This document shows, one piece after another, positions 41,281 to 51,233 of a DNA stretch of 64,000 nucleotides. Positions within the stretch are counted from its first letter, which is position 1. Each line of letters opens with the position of its first letter. Source of the DNA: Acidimicrobiia bacterium. Its GTDB lineage: Bacteria > Actinomycetota > Acidimicrobiia > IMCC26256 > JADLDD01. The translations under genes were made by a program, and so were the position numbers. The stretch is taken from contig JADLDD010000013.1 of assembly GCA_020846855.1 (NCBI GenBank), positions 1,530 to 65,529 on the forward strand, given 5' to 3'. The notes beneath the pieces are model-generated. The model worked only from the letters and a program-made list of their open reading frames with translations, had not been told where the DNA came from and ran no database searches.

Positions 41281-42996
41281 TCAGGACCGGTGGGCCGACC
41301 GCTTGCCGGGCTCGGGCACGTACCAGGGCGACGCGTACCACCAGTCGCCGGGGTCCGCGACCTCGTCCTCGATGAGCATGTGCATCAGGTTGTAACCGAC
41401 GGCCATCAGGCACAGGCCGCCGGGGTGCGCGGCCGACTGGTGGGCGAGGTAGAGGCCCTCGATCCCCGGCACCCGGTAGCGGGCCAGCTCGGGCAGCGGG
41501 CGCTCGTTCCACCACTGGTCGCGGTCGCAGCGGATCCCGTACCACGAGCCGCCGAGCATCCCGGTGTTGCGCAGCTCCTGCTCGTAGGGCGAGTCGCTGA
41601 TGATCCGCACCAGGTTGTCGTCGTCGAGGTTCTCGATGATGCAGCCCAGGCTGGCCCGCATGAACTCGTCCCAGGTCTTCTTGTCGCCGGCCCGGTCCAT
41701 GGCGTCCATGCCGTCGACGTTGTACTGAGGCGTCGGGACCATCATCCAAAGCGGGCCGTTGATGTGGCGACCGGGCCGGGTCGACTGCGGGTTGGTCTCG
41801 TCGTAGAGCGACGCCGCGACCATCCCCCACATCGCCTCGGACGGGTCGAGGGTGAGGTTGGCCTGGCGGCCGAGGACGTTCTCGACGTTCTTGAAGTAGA
41901 TCTCCCGGGAACCCATGTTGAAGAACGCCCCGGTGAACGCGTCCTTGGGCGGCGGGAGCCGGTACTTCTCGCGGTAGCGGAACTCCTCCTTGGTGAGGTA
42001 GTGGCTCATGTAGAGGCTGCCGCCCTTGATGCTCAGGTCGTTGATGCGCTGGAGGAACCCGGCGTCGAGGTGGCGGGGGCCGATCAGGTCGTTGAACGTG
42101 GGCTTGATGTGGCAGGCGCTGATGACGGCCTTGCGGGCCCAGATCGTCTTCGCGGCCCAGGTGGCGTCGTCGCGCAGGCGCACGCCCTGGGCCCGCCCGT
42201 TGCCGATGATGATCTCCTCCACGGGGGAGCAGGTCCGGAACGTGGCACCGTTCGCGACCGCGCAGCGGTAGAGGGCGTGGAAGTAGCCGTGCATGTTGCC
42301 GCGGGCCGCGACGGGCTTGGCGATGGCCGGTGGCATCACCGTCGCCGAGCTGCACATGGCGGGGATGGCCACGCCCTCCATGTGGCCGTGGGCGCCGGAG
42401 CTGAGCGCGATGTAGGCCTGGGTGACCTTGAAGGGCTCCGTGTCGAGGTACTCGTCCATGAGGTCGAACATGGTGATCTCGAGCAGCTCGCGGGTCCACA
42501 TGTCGGGCTGGTACTTCTTGTAGACCTGCATGAACGGGATGTTGTGCTCGTCGAGCTCGGTCCCGTAGGGGTGCGGCGGGCACCAGAAGGTCGCCCGCAT
42601 GAGGTCGCGGAACGCGTCGTTCCCGGCCAGCATGAGGGTCATCTTCGCCCAGCCCATCATGTCGGCCTCGGTGACCTTGGAGAGGCCGTCGCCGGTGAAG
42701 ATGTAGCGGTCGGTGTCGAGCTCGACGGGGACGTTGGGGTTCCAGTCCATGCGGAACCCGTAGCGCCACAGCTCGAGCTGCTCCCACCCGGGGGCCGAGC
42801 CGCCGTAGTTGGCGATGGCGTGGGGCTGGATGCGGATCCCGGCGATCGGCTCGACCGTCTCCTGGGCGCCGCCGCTCTCGGGCCGGTCCTCGAGCACCAG
42901 GACGCTCAGGCCCGACTTGGCCAGGTAGGCCGCGGTCGTGGTGCCGTTGTGCCCGGCGCCGATGATCACGACGTCGTAGGTCTCTTCGGTGGCCAC
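41281..42996 (-). CDS. Phytoene-desaturase-like (COG1233) FAD oxidoreductase, 571 aa
   Basis: GTG 42996 after GGAGGGG; YDVVIIGAGHNG, EDRPESGGA, GLYLAHQSAAHPGG. Confidence 0.9.
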   Translation of the reverse strand: MATEETYDVVIIGAGHNGTTTAAYLAKSGLSVLVLEDRPESGGAQETVEPIAGIRIQPHAIANYGGSAPGWEQLELWRYGFRMDWNPNVPVELDTDRYIFTGDGLSKVTEADMMGWAKMTLMLAGNDAFRDLMRATFWCPPHPYGTELDEHNIPFMQVYKKYQPDMWTRELLEITMFDLMDEYLDTEPFKVTQAYIALSSGAHGHMEGVAIPAMCSSATVMPPAIAKPVAARGNMHGYFHALYRCAVANGATFRTCSPVEEIIIGNGRAQGVRLRDDATWAAKTIWARKAVISACHIKPTFNDLIGPRHLDAGFLQRINDLSIKGGSLYMSHYLTKEEFRYREKYRLPPPKDAFTGAFFNMGSREIYFKNVENVLGRQANLTLDPSEAMWGMVAASLYDETNPQSTRPGRHINGPLWMMVPTPQYNVDGMDAMDRAGDKKTWDEFMRASLGCIIENLDDDNLVRIISDSPYEQELRNTGMLGGSWYGIRCDRDQWWNERPLPELARYRVPGIEGLYLAHQSAAHPGGLCLMAVGYNLMHMLIEDEVADPGDWWYASPWYVPEPGKRSAHRS

Positions 42997-43082
42997 GGGA
43001 CCCCCTCCGGTTCGCTCCCCAGCTCCGCCCGTGCCCGGGTGGCGGCGCCCGGCGGCGGGCGCGCGGCGGCGCGGTCGGCGGG

Positions 43083-43111
43083 ATCCTAAGACCGAGAAAG
43101 CTTTCGCGCAA
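43083..43111 (-). promoter_or_regulatory. Sigma70-type promoter of the oxidoreductase pair with a palindromic operator
   Basis: Minus strand TTGCGC (43111-43106)-N17-TAGGAT (43088-43083); palindrome GAAAGCTTTC at 43096-43105 within CGAGAAAGCTTTCGCG. Confidence 0.65.
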
Positions 43112-43364
43112 GTAACCTCCGGGCGCGGTGCCTCACGGCGGGTCGCGCCGGTCGACCGGCCGGCCCGTGCGCGGGCGGCGACGGCCGCGGGCCCGGCGGG
43201 CGCGTCGCGTTGAGGGCCTCCGGGGGCTGCGCGAGAATGGACGGCGGGCCGGGCGCTCCCCGACCGGACGCCCGTCCCCAGGAACCCCCCTACGAACACG
43301 ACCACGGAAATGGCCGCTCCCTGGCTCGACACCAGGGCCTGAGCAGACAGGCCGCGGACCCGGA

Positions 43365-43742
43365 ATGCCCCTCTCCGAGCACGAGCAGCGCATCCTCAGC
43401 GAGATCGAGGCCAACCTCAAGGCCTCCGATCCCGACCTGGAGCAGCAGGTCTCGGAGACCACGATCTACCGCCACTCGGCGCGGATCATCAAGTGGTCGG
43501 CGGCCGGGTTCTTCGCCGGCCTGGCTCTCCTCCTGTTCACGTTCACCCGCAGCGTCGTCCTCGGCGTGGCCGGCTTCCTGGTCATGCTGGCCTGCCTGCT
43601 GGTGGTGGAGCGCCACGTGCGCAAGATCGGCCGGGCGGGCCTCCAGAGCCTCACGGGCTCGCTGCGGTCGGGTCGCCTCGAGCGCCTCTGGGGCTCGTCC
43701 CGAGAACGCTTCCGGGAGCGCTGGCGCCGCGACGACGGCTGA
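43365..43742 (+). CDS. DUF3040 family membrane protein, 125 aa
   Basis: MPLSEHEQRILSEIEANLKASDPDL followed by two TM helices. Confidence 0.88.
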   Translation: MPLSEHEQRILSEIEANLKASDPDLEQQVSETTIYRHSARIIKWSAAGFFAGLALLLFTFTRSVVLGVAGFLVMLACLLVVERHVRKIGRAGLQSLTGSLRSGRLERLWGSSRERFRERWRRDDG

Positions 43743-43823
43743 ACGTCTGACCCGCTGAACGCCCGAACCGCCGTGCAGCGCCGGTCGGGTCCCGCGGAGC
43801 GCGCCGCGCGTGGGCGGCGACGC

Positions 43824-46157
43824 CTAGGCGCCCACGCGCCCGCGTCCCCCGCGGCGGCGCCGGCCGAGCCCGCCCCGGACGCGGTCGGCGGCCGACCAGG
43901 CCCGGGCCGCGTCGCCGGGCGTCGCGGGGCGGGTCGAGAACGATGCCTCGGTCACCAGGTGGGCGAGCTCCGTCACCGCGCCCGCCACGGCGGGCGCCAA
44001 GGTCATGCTCCGGGCGGTGGCCGCCGCCTCGAGGGGGGTGAGGGAGGCTCCGACCGGCAGGCCCGCCCCGCTCAGGCGGTCGACGACGTCGTGCCAGGCT
44101 CCGGTCACCGACGCGGCGGGAAGGGCCGCGCGCCGCCTCCGGCGCCGGGTCCACCACGCCGCGGCCCGCTTCCGGAAGACGCCGGCCGTCACCAGCAGGC
44201 CGGCCGCGAGGAACCAGGGGCCCAACCGGCGAGCCGCTCCCGAGGGGCCGGAGGCGCCGCCGCCGTCCGTTCCCGGGTCGCCGGGCGTCGACGGCGCCGG
44301 CGTCGAGGACGCGACGGTGGTGGTCGTGGTGGTCGTGGTGGCGGAGGGCTCGGGCGGGACCGTCGACGGCGAGTCGCCGCGCGGGCCGGGGGGCTGGCCG
44401 GGCGCGTCGCCGGCCGGCGTGGGCTCGAAGGGCACCCAGCCCAGGCCCGCGAACCAGACCTCGGGCCAGGCGTGGGCGTTGCCGTCGGTGACGTGGAAGC
44501 GGCCGCCCGAGCGCCGTCCGGGTGTGAAGCCCACCGCCACCCGGGCCGGCAGCCCGGCGGCCCGGGCCAGCGCCGCGTAGGTGCCCGCGAACTGCTCGCA
44601 GAACCCGCGGCGCTCCTCCAGGAACTCCCGGATCGCGTTGTCGCCGTGGCCCGGCGGCACCGAGAGGTCGTACGTGAACGAGCCGTCGAGGAAGAACGCC
44701 TCGAGGCGGACCGCCGCCTCCCAGGGGTTGCCGGCGCCGGCGACGATCCGCCGGGCCCGGCGGCGCAGGTCGGCGGGGAACGACCCGGGCAGGTCGAGGA
44801 GGGAGCGGAGCTCCCGGGGCGTGGGCTCGGCCGTCGCCGCCTGCTGCGCGGCCGTGGGACGGGTCGGAGGCGGTTCCGACCACACCACGTAGGTACGCCC
44901 CGACACGGACTCCGGCGCCACCAGGGTCCGCGACGACGGCACCACCCGGACGCCCGTGAGCCCCTCCACGGCGACGGGGTCGGCGGCGGCCGGGACCCAC
45001 CGCCCGCCGAGTGGACCGACCGAGTACTCCGCGCGGAAGGCGCCGGACCCGTGGGGGTCGCCTGCTCCCGACGGCCCCCGCCGGGTGTCGGCGTCGAGGG
45101 TCCAGGTCTCGCCGTCGAAGGAGTCGAGGGCGACCAGCCGCCAGTAGGCGGCGCGCTGCGAACGTACGGTCATGACCTCCCGGTCGGACATGCCCAGCAG
45201 GCGGGACTTGATGTCGACGAGGGGGCTCACGGTCGTGTAGCCGGTCGCCGTCCCGGAGGCACCGGAGCGGTAGTCGAGCCACGGATCGCCCCGGGCGCCG
45301 GGCATGAGAGGCCCGAGGAGCACGCCGGCGGTCACCGCGGCGACGGCGAGGGGAAGGCCCGCGGCGAGCCCCGTACCGGACCGCGGCCCGCGCCTCGCCC
45401 TCCCGCCACCGGAGGTCGCGGTGGGGCTGATCGGCGTGGCGGTCCGCCGGCCCCGGTCGGGGCGGAGCCGGCGGTGCTGAAGGGCGAGGAACGCGGCCGC
45501 GGCGCCCAGGAACGCCACGGTGGCGGGCACGCGGGGGCCGCTCGTGGTGAGCGTCGACGCCACCACGAACACGGCGAGGGCGGGGCTCACCGCCCCGAGG
45601 GCGGAGCGCAGCGGGAAGGCGAGGACGTCGGACAGCGCCGCGGCCAGCCCGACGCCCGCCATGCACAGGAGCAGGACGCCGGCCGTCGGCGGGACCGGCG
45701 CGGCATGGTCACGGAGCACCCAGCCGCCGTCGCGTAGGAGGTCGGCGAGCCGATCGAGGCTGCTCCCGGTCGGTACGCCGGCCCGCGTCGTCTCGGGCGC
45801 GACCACCCAGATCGCGACGACCAGCAGCGAGCCGAGCGCGACCGCGACCGCCGCCGGCTCCGCCCAGCCGCGGCGCCGGGCCAGGTACCCGGCGATGTGG
45901 GGTACCACCACCGCGGCGAGTAGCGGCACCACCCCCCCGGCGTCGGTGAACACCCGGCCCAGGCTCAGGACCGCGGCCGCGCTCAGGGCCGCGAGGGCGG
46001 CGGCCGCCGGCCCGTCGGCCGGCCCGGGTGCGGCGCCGGGCCGACCCTCGACCGGGCCGGGGTGCGGGGGCCGCGGGGCACGCGGACCCCGGCCGGCTCC
46101 GGGCCGGTCGACGGTTCGCACGTCGGGCCGTGTCGCCGTCGCCGGCCCACCCGTCAC
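43824..46157 (-). CDS. TgpA-like transglutaminase family membrane protein (DUF3488 + TGase), about 777 aa
   Basis: GTG 46157 overlaps the DUF58 stop; N-terminal TMs, YWRLVALDSFDG, GFCEQFA, RVAVGFTPG, HAWPEVWF..GWVPFEPTP. Confidence 0.9.
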   Translation of the reverse strand: MTGGPATATRPDVRTVDRPGAGRGPRAPRPPHPGPVEGRPGAAPGPADGPAAAALAALSAAAVLSLGRVFTDAGGVVPLLAAVVVPHIAGYLARRRGWAEPAAVAVALGSLLVVAIWVVAPETTRAGVPTGSSLDRLADLLRDGGWVLRDHAAPVPPTAGVLLLCMAGVGLAAALSDVLAFPLRSALGAVSPALAVFVVASTLTTSGPRVPATVAFLGAAAAFLALQHRRLRPDRGRRTATPISPTATSGGGRARRGPRSGTGLAAGLPLAVAAVTAGVLLGPLMPGARGDPWLDYRSGASGTATGYTTVSPLVDIKSRLLGMSDREVMTVRSQRAAYWRLVALDSFDGETWTLDADTRRGPSGAGDPHGSGAFRAEYSVGPLGGRWVPAAADPVAVEGLTGVRVVPSSRTLVAPESVSGRTYVVWSEPPPTRPTAAQQAATAEPTPRELRSLLDLPGSFPADLRRRARRIVAGAGNPWEAAVRLEAFFLDGSFTYDLSVPPGHGDNAIREFLEERRGFCEQFAGTYAALARAAGLPARVAVGFTPGRRSGGRFHVTDGNAHAWPEVWFAGLGWVPFEPTPAGDAPGQPPGPRGDSPSTVPPEPSATTTTTTTTVASSTPAPSTPGDPGTDGGGASGPSGAARRLGPWFLAAGLLVTAGVFRKRAAAWWTRRRRRRAALPAASVTGAWHDVVDRLSGAGLPVGASLTPLEAAATARSMTLAPAVAGAVTELAHLVTEASFSTRPATPGDAARAWSAADRVRGGLGRRRRGGRGRVGA

Positions 46158-47458
46158 CGACCCACTCCTCCTCCGGCGGTCCGGTCCCAGGACGTGGGGA
46201 AGTGCCCGTCCGCGGCGTCGACCACCACCGCCCCCGCGGAGGAGGACGGCGCGCCGCGCGTCGCCACGAGGATCCAGCGCGGCGCGCCGGGAACCGAGGC
46301 GATCCGGGCCAGCGCGTGCTCCTCGGCCGGGTCGAGCCTCCCGGCCACCACCACGTGGCGCGCCCACGGCGCGGCGCGGCGCAACGCATCGGCGGTGGCC
46401 GCCAGGCGGCCGGGCCGGTCGGGCCCTCCGGGCGCCAGCGCCGCGAGCCGGGCCGTCAGCGCCTCGCCGCGGGCGTCGCGCCCGGGGACCAGGTCGTCGC
46501 CGGCGGTGGTGAGGGCCCGCACCGTGCACCCGCCGGAGCGGGCCGCGGCGGCGATCGAGGCGACGGCCTCGCAGGCGATCTCGAAGCTCGCGGCGTCGTG
46601 CGCGCCGGGGCGCACGTCGACGGTGACGGCCACCAGGGCCTGGTCCTCGGGACGGTCCTGGCGCACCATGAGCCCGCCGGTGCGGGCCGTGGTGGCCCAG
46701 TGCACCAGCCGGAGGTCGTCGCCGGGCGCGTACTCCCGCAGCGATCGGAACTCGCCACCCGCGGGCAGGAGGGCCGCCGCGAGCGCGGGCGGCCGGGTGC
46801 CCGGCCGTAGCTCCGGCGAGGGTGCCAGGGGTGCGAGGGCGTGCACCCGCGGCCCCACCACGAGCACGGCCTCGGGCCCGACCGGTGCGGAGCGGGCGAC
46901 GAGGCCGAACGGGTCGGTGAACGACGCGACGGCGGGGCCGAGGCGGCGGATCCCCCGGCGGTCGGTGGGAAGGGGGTGGCTGGTCCCGTCGCGCCCGCCG
47001 GGCGGAAGGGGGCCGAAGGGAAGCACGATCCTGCGGTCGTCGTCGGTCGGTTCGACGAGGTCGAGCTCCGCGGTGGGGCGCGCCGCCACGTTCTCGAGGA
47101 GCAACTCGGCCCGGGCCGCCCCGCCGACGTGCGTGAGGGCCGGTCGCAGGTACCGGCGGAGCAGGAGATCCGGGCGGTGGCCGAGCGCCCACCCGACCGC
47201 GGCGGCGACGAGGGCGATCGCCGCCACGGCGACGATCCACAGCTCGACGACGCCGAGGGTGCGGCCCGTCGCCGCCAGCCCGGCCGCCGCGCCCAGGAGC
47301 GCCCACCCCCGGCGGGTCAGCTCGATGCGCCCGGGTCCGGTGGACCCGGCGTCGTCGCCGGTCGGGGCGCCGGGGTTCGCCGCCGATCCCCGGTCGGGCC
47401 TCGGTCGTCCGGAGCCGGCGCGGTTCCGCCGGCCGGAGGGCGGGGCCGCCGGACCCAT
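46154..47458 (-). CDS. DUF58 family protein, about 434 aa
   Basis: LTRRGW, DPFGL, EFRSLREYAPGDDLRLVHWATTAR. Confidence 0.9.
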   Translation of the reverse strand: MGPAAPPSGRRNRAGSGRPRPDRGSAANPGAPTGDDAGSTGPGRIELTRRGWALLGAAAGLAATGRTLGVVELWIVAVAAIALVAAAVGWALGHRPDLLLRRYLRPALTHVGGAARAELLLENVAARPTAELDLVEPTDDDRRIVLPFGPLPPGGRDGTSHPLPTDRRGIRRLGPAVASFTDPFGLVARSAPVGPEAVLVVGPRVHALAPLAPSPELRPGTRPPALAAALLPAGGEFRSLREYAPGDDLRLVHWATTARTGGLMVRQDRPEDQALVAVTVDVRPGAHDAASFEIACEAVASIAAAARSGGCTVRALTTAGDDLVPGRDARGEALTARLAALAPGGPDRPGRLAATADALRRAAPWARHVVVAGRLDPAEEHALARIASVPGAPRWILVATRGAPSSSAGAVVVDAADGHFPTSWDRTAGGGVGR

Positions 47459-47460
47459 CG

Positions 47461-48441
47461 TCAGGCGCCGCCGGCGGCGAGGGGGACGGGGAGCCCGTCG
47501 AGGAGGTCGTGGAGCACGCCGAGCGCGGTGATCCCCGAGAGGCGGGCCTCCGCGGTGAGCACGAGGCGGTGGGGGACGACCGCGGGCGCGAGCTGCTTCA
47601 CGTCGTCGGGGATCACGTAGTCGCGGCCGGTCGCCGCGGCCAGGGCCCGGGCCGCCTGCTGGAGCCCCAGCGTGCCGCGGGGGCTCAGGCCGAGCACGAG
47701 GTCGGGGTGGGAGCGCGTCGCCGCGGCCAGGTCGACGAGGTACTCCCGCACGCTCGGGGCGACGTGGACGCGCTCCACCTGCGAGCTCGCGTCGAGCACC
47801 CGGTCGGCGTGGGCGACGGCCTCGAGCGAGTCGACCAGGTCGTGCCCGCCGTGCGACTCGAGGATCGCGTGCTCGGCGGCGCGGTCGGGGTAGCCGAGCG
47901 TGATCCGCATGAGGAACCGGTCGAGCTGCGCCTCGGGGAGGGGGAAGGTCCCCTGGAGCTCGATCGGGTTCTGGGTCGCGATCACCATGAAGGGGCGCGG
48001 TAGCGGGTGCGTCACGCCGTCGACGCTCACGTGGTGCTCCTCCATCGCCTCGAGCAGCGCCGACTGCGTCTTGGGCGAGGCGCGGTTGATCTCGTCGGCG
48101 AGGACGACGTTGGCGAAGACACCGCCGGGCCGGAACCGGAACTCCGATCGCCCCTGGTCCCATACCGCCACTCCCGTCACGTCGGACGGCAGGAGGTCGG
48201 GGGTGAACTGGATGCGCCTCCAGGTGCCGCCCTCGACCGAGCGGGCCAGGGCCTTGGCGAGCGACGTCTTGCCGACGCCCGGGACGTCCTCGATGAGGAG
48301 GTGGCCGCCCGCGAGCAGGCACACGAGGGCCTGACGAACCGCGTCGTCCTTGCCTTCGAGCACCTTCCCGACGTTGGAGCTGAGAGCCGCGAACAGCTCC
48401 TGGACCGTGTTGGGCCCGGGGGTGGTCGCCGTCTGCGCCAC
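47461..48441 (-). CDS. MoxR family AAA+ ATPase, 326 aa
   Basis: HLLIEDVPGVGKT, RIQFTPDLLPSD, LADEINR, ATQNPIE, LPEAQLDRF. Confidence 0.96.
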   Translation of the reverse strand: MAQTATTPGPNTVQELFAALSSNVGKVLEGKDDAVRQALVCLLAGGHLLIEDVPGVGKTSLAKALARSVEGGTWRRIQFTPDLLPSDVTGVAVWDQGRSEFRFRPGGVFANVVLADEINRASPKTQSALLEAMEEHHVSVDGVTHPLPRPFMVIATQNPIELQGTFPLPEAQLDRFLMRITLGYPDRAAEHAILESHGGHDLVDSLEAVAHADRVLDASSQVERVHVAPSVREYLVDLAAATRSHPDLVLGLSPRGTLGLQQAARALAAATGRDYVIPDDVKQLAPAVVPHRLVLTAEARLSGITALGVLHDLLDGLPVPLAAGGA

Positions 48442-48524
48442 GGCAGTCTTCTCCCGAGGAGTGGGGCGGCCAGTCTAGGAGCCGCCCGGCCGGGGCCCGA
48501 CGCGGCGTTGGTAGCGTCCGGTCC

Positions 48525-49049
48525 ATGGCCATCTACGCCCTCGGCGACCTCGAACCCCGGATCGATCCCACCGCGTTCGTGCACCCGGACGCCACCGTCA
48601 TCGGCGACGTGCACATCGGGGCCGAGGCGACGGTCTGGCCGGCGGCGGTGCTGCGGGGCGACTACGGCCGCATCACGGTCGGGGCCCGCACCTCGATCCA
48701 GGACGGCTCGGTGATCCACGCCACCGCGGAGCTCCACACCCACATCGGCGCCGAGTGCGTCGTCGGCCACCTGGTGCACATGGAGTGCTGCACGATCGAG
48801 GACGGGGCGCTGGTGGGATCGGGCTCGATCGTCCTGCACCGGGCCGTCGTCCGCCGCGGCGCGGTGGTGGGTGCGGCGGCGCTGGTACCCAACGGCATGG
48901 AGGTCCCGGAACGGGCCATGGCCCTCGGTGTGCCCGCCCGGCTGCGCCTCGACGCGGTCACCGACCCCGAGGTGATGATCGGGCTCGGGATGCGCGGCTA
49001 CGTGTGGAACGGTGCCCGCTACCGCGCCGAGCTGCGCCGCATAGGGTGA
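48525..49049 (+). CDS. Gamma-carbonic-anhydrase family protein (YrdA/PaaY-like), 174 aa
   Basis: VIGDVHIG, VLRGD, IQDGSVIH, VGHLVHM; left-handed beta-helix repeats. Confidence 0.92.
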   Translation: MAIYALGDLEPRIDPTAFVHPDATVIGDVHIGAEATVWPAAVLRGDYGRITVGARTSIQDGSVIHATAELHTHIGAECVVGHLVHMECCTIEDGALVGSGSIVLHRAVVRRGAVVGAAALVPNGMEVPERAMALGVPARLRLDAVTDPEVMIGLGMRGYVWNGARYRAELRRIG

Positions 49050-49200
49050 CCGCTCAAGCTACCGGCCGGTAACCTGAGGTCGTCGCGCCGCCGCCCCGCC
49101 GAAGCGCCCCCCCCGGTGGGCGTGGCCGCGTCGACCCGGCCGTCGTAACGTCGGGGGCGGAGGCATCCGTCCGCCGCCGCGAACCCACGAGGAGAGCCAG

Positions 49201-50406
49201 ATGCCCGAAGCCGTGATCGTCGCCACCGCCCGCACCCCGATCGGCCGTGCGTTCAAGGGGTCGCTCGTGAACGAGCGGCCCGACGATCTCGCCGCGTTCA
49301 TCGTCGACACCGTGTTGAACAAGGTCCCCGAGCTCGACCGCACCACGATCGACGACCTGATGCTCGGGTGCGGCCTACCCGGGGGCGAGCAGGGCTTCAA
49401 CATGGGCCGGGTGGTGGCGATCCTGGCCGGCATGCCGCAGGTTCCGGGCTGCACCATCACCCGTTACTGCTCGTCGAGCCTCCAGACCATCCGCATGGCC
49501 GCCCACGCGATCCGTGCCGGCGAGGGCGACGCCTTCGTGGCCGCCGGGGTGGAGACCGTCAGCCGCTTCGGTGGCGGCACCTCCGACGTCCCCGGCCGCG
49601 AGAACCCGAAGTTCGCGGGAGCGGCCGAGCGCAGCGCCCGCAGGGCCGAGGGCGGCCAGGGTCCGTGGGCGCCGGCGGAGGGCCTCCCCGACGTGTACAT
49701 CGCCATGGGTCAGACCGCCGAGAACGTCGCCGAGGCCGAGAAGGTCACCCGCGAGGAGATGGACGAGTTCGCCGCGCTCAGCCAGCAGCGCGCGGTGCGG
49801 TCGCAGGAGAACGGGTTCTTCGACCGCGAGATCACGCCGGTCACCCTCTCCGACGGTTCGGTCATGGCGAAGGACGACGGCCCCCGCCCGGGCACCACGG
49901 TCGAGAAGCTCGCCGGGCTCAAGCCGGCGTTCCGGCCCGACGGGCTGGTCACCGCCGGCAACGCCTGCCCCCTCAACGACGGGGCCGCGGCCGTGGTGGT
50001 GACGAGCGACACCCGCGCCCGGGAGCTGGGGATCAAGCCGCTGGCCCGGGTCGTCTCGAGCGGCGTCACCGCCCTCGACCCGGAGATCATGGGCCTCGGC
50101 CCGGTCGAGGCGAGCCGCCAGGCCCTCTCCCGCGCCGGCATGACGATCGACGACGTCGACCTGGTCGAGATCAACGAGGCCTTCGCCGCCCAGGTGATCC
50201 CCTCGGCGCGGCACCTCGGCATCGACTGGGAGAAGCTCAACGTCAACGGCGGGGCCATCGCGCTCGGTCACCCGTTCGGCATGACCGGCGCCCGGATCAT
50301 GACCACGCTGCTCAACGGCCTCGAGGACTCCGACCGCACCGTCGGCCTCGAGACCATGTGCGTGGGCGGCGGCCAGGGCATGGCGATGATCGTCGAGCGC
50401 CTCTGA
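49201..50406 (+). CDS. Acetyl-CoA C-acyltransferase (thiolase), 401 aa
   Basis: RTPIGRA, RYCSSSL, NDGAAA, EINEAFA, GGAIALGHP, CVGGGQG. Confidence 0.96.
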   Translation: MPEAVIVATARTPIGRAFKGSLVNERPDDLAAFIVDTVLNKVPELDRTTIDDLMLGCGLPGGEQGFNMGRVVAILAGMPQVPGCTITRYCSSSLQTIRMAAHAIRAGEGDAFVAAGVETVSRFGGGTSDVPGRENPKFAGAAERSARRAEGGQGPWAPAEGLPDVYIAMGQTAENVAEAEKVTREEMDEFAALSQQRAVRSQENGFFDREITPVTLSDGSVMAKDDGPRPGTTVEKLAGLKPAFRPDGLVTAGNACPLNDGAAAVVVTSDTRARELGIKPLARVVSSGVTALDPEIMGLGPVEASRQALSRAGMTIDDVDLVEINEAFAAQVIPSARHLGIDWEKLNVNGGAIALGHPFGMTGARIMTTLLNGLEDSDRTVGLETMCVGGGQGMAMIVERL

Positions 50407-50445
50407 CGGGAGCGCCGGGCGGCCCGGCCGCCCGTCGGCCCGTCA
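50404..50445. terminator. GC-rich hairpin between convergent thiolase and peptidase genes
   Basis: TGACGGG/CCCGTCA outer arms and GGGCGGCC/GGCCGCCC inner arms. Confidence 0.4.
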
Positions 50446-50467
50446 CCCCGTCCCGCCGTCGTCCGGG

Positions 50468-51187
50468 TCAGCCGGGGAGGACGCGCCACACCGCCGTCAC
50501 CGGCACCCGGACCGTGCCGGTGGACCGATCGTGGCCCGCGCGGAGCACGAGCACCGACGACCCGCGCTCGCGGCCGGTGAGCACGCCGTGGACCTCCGAC
50601 GGCCGACCGCCCGGCGGCGTGAAGGAGACCCGCAGGGGCCGGTCGCGGCCCAGGCGGAGGCGTTCGTCCCAGCCGTACTGGTAGCGCCCGTCGGGCCCCC
50701 GGCGGGGCGGGCGCGCCACCCGCACCTTCTCTCCCTTGTAGGAGGCCGCCAGCGCCTCGCCGGCGCCGGGGCCGAGGAACTCGGTGCTGGCGTCGAGGAG
50801 GAGCCGGGCGAACGTGCGGCCGTGCTGGGGCAGGTCGGTCGCCTCGGCGAGCGCCCAGTGGGCCATCTCGTGGAGCACGACGCCCGCGGTGCGGTAGCGG
50901 CGGGGCAACGTGATCGTGGCCACCGTGCCGCCCGGGTGCTCCTCCTCGCGGTAGAACGCCTGCCGCGCGCCCCGGCCCGGGCGGAAGCGCGGGAGGCGGC
51001 CGGGGTGGAGGTGCGGGAAGCGCGCGCTCCACCACGGCGACGCGGCGACGCCGGCGGCGTAGCCCGCGCAGGCGTCGAGGTCGGCGAGGCGGAGCCCCGG
51101 CAGCGGCGTCTCGGCGCGGTAGACGCGCGACCGCTGGGAGTCGCGGGGGCGGCGTCGGGGGAGCGGGGCGGCGGTCCCGTCGGGCAT
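50468..51187 (-). CDS. HEXXH metallohydrolase (TIGR04338/Rv0185-like) with C-terminal beta-rich extension, about 239 aa
   Basis: RDSQRSRVYRAE, VVLHEMAH, HGRTF. Confidence 0.8.
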   Translation of the reverse strand: MPDGTAAPLPRRRPRDSQRSRVYRAETPLPGLRLADLDACAGYAAGVAASPWWSARFPHLHPGRLPRFRPGRGARQAFYREEEHPGGTVATITLPRRYRTAGVVLHEMAHWALAEATDLPQHGRTFARLLLDASTEFLGPGAGEALAASYKGEKVRVARPPRRGPDGRYQYGWDERLRLGRDRPLRVSFTPPGGRPSEVHGVLTGRERGSSVLVLRAGHDRSTGTVRVPVTAVWRVLPG

Positions 51188-51233
51188 CCGTCCAGAGATA
51201 GCACCTCGGTGCGACGGCCTAGGCTCCCGGCCC

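Noticed and set aside
39589..42996. Carotenoid biosynthesis cluster
   Set aside because: Only generic COG1233 FAD motifs; no phytoene synthase, GGPP synthase or cyclase nearby.
43365..48441. MoxR-DUF58-transglutaminase plus DUF3040 as a novel system
   Set aside because: A widespread, known actinobacterial gene set; only the convergent orientation of DUF3040 is mildly atypical.
43824..48532. Apparent long N-terminal extensions of the transglutaminase (1160 aa) and DUF58 (792 aa) ORFs; the same applies to hemH, hemG, DUF3501 and aceE
   Set aside because: The extensions overlap upstream genes out of frame; coupled or RBS-supported downstream starts give normal family lengths.
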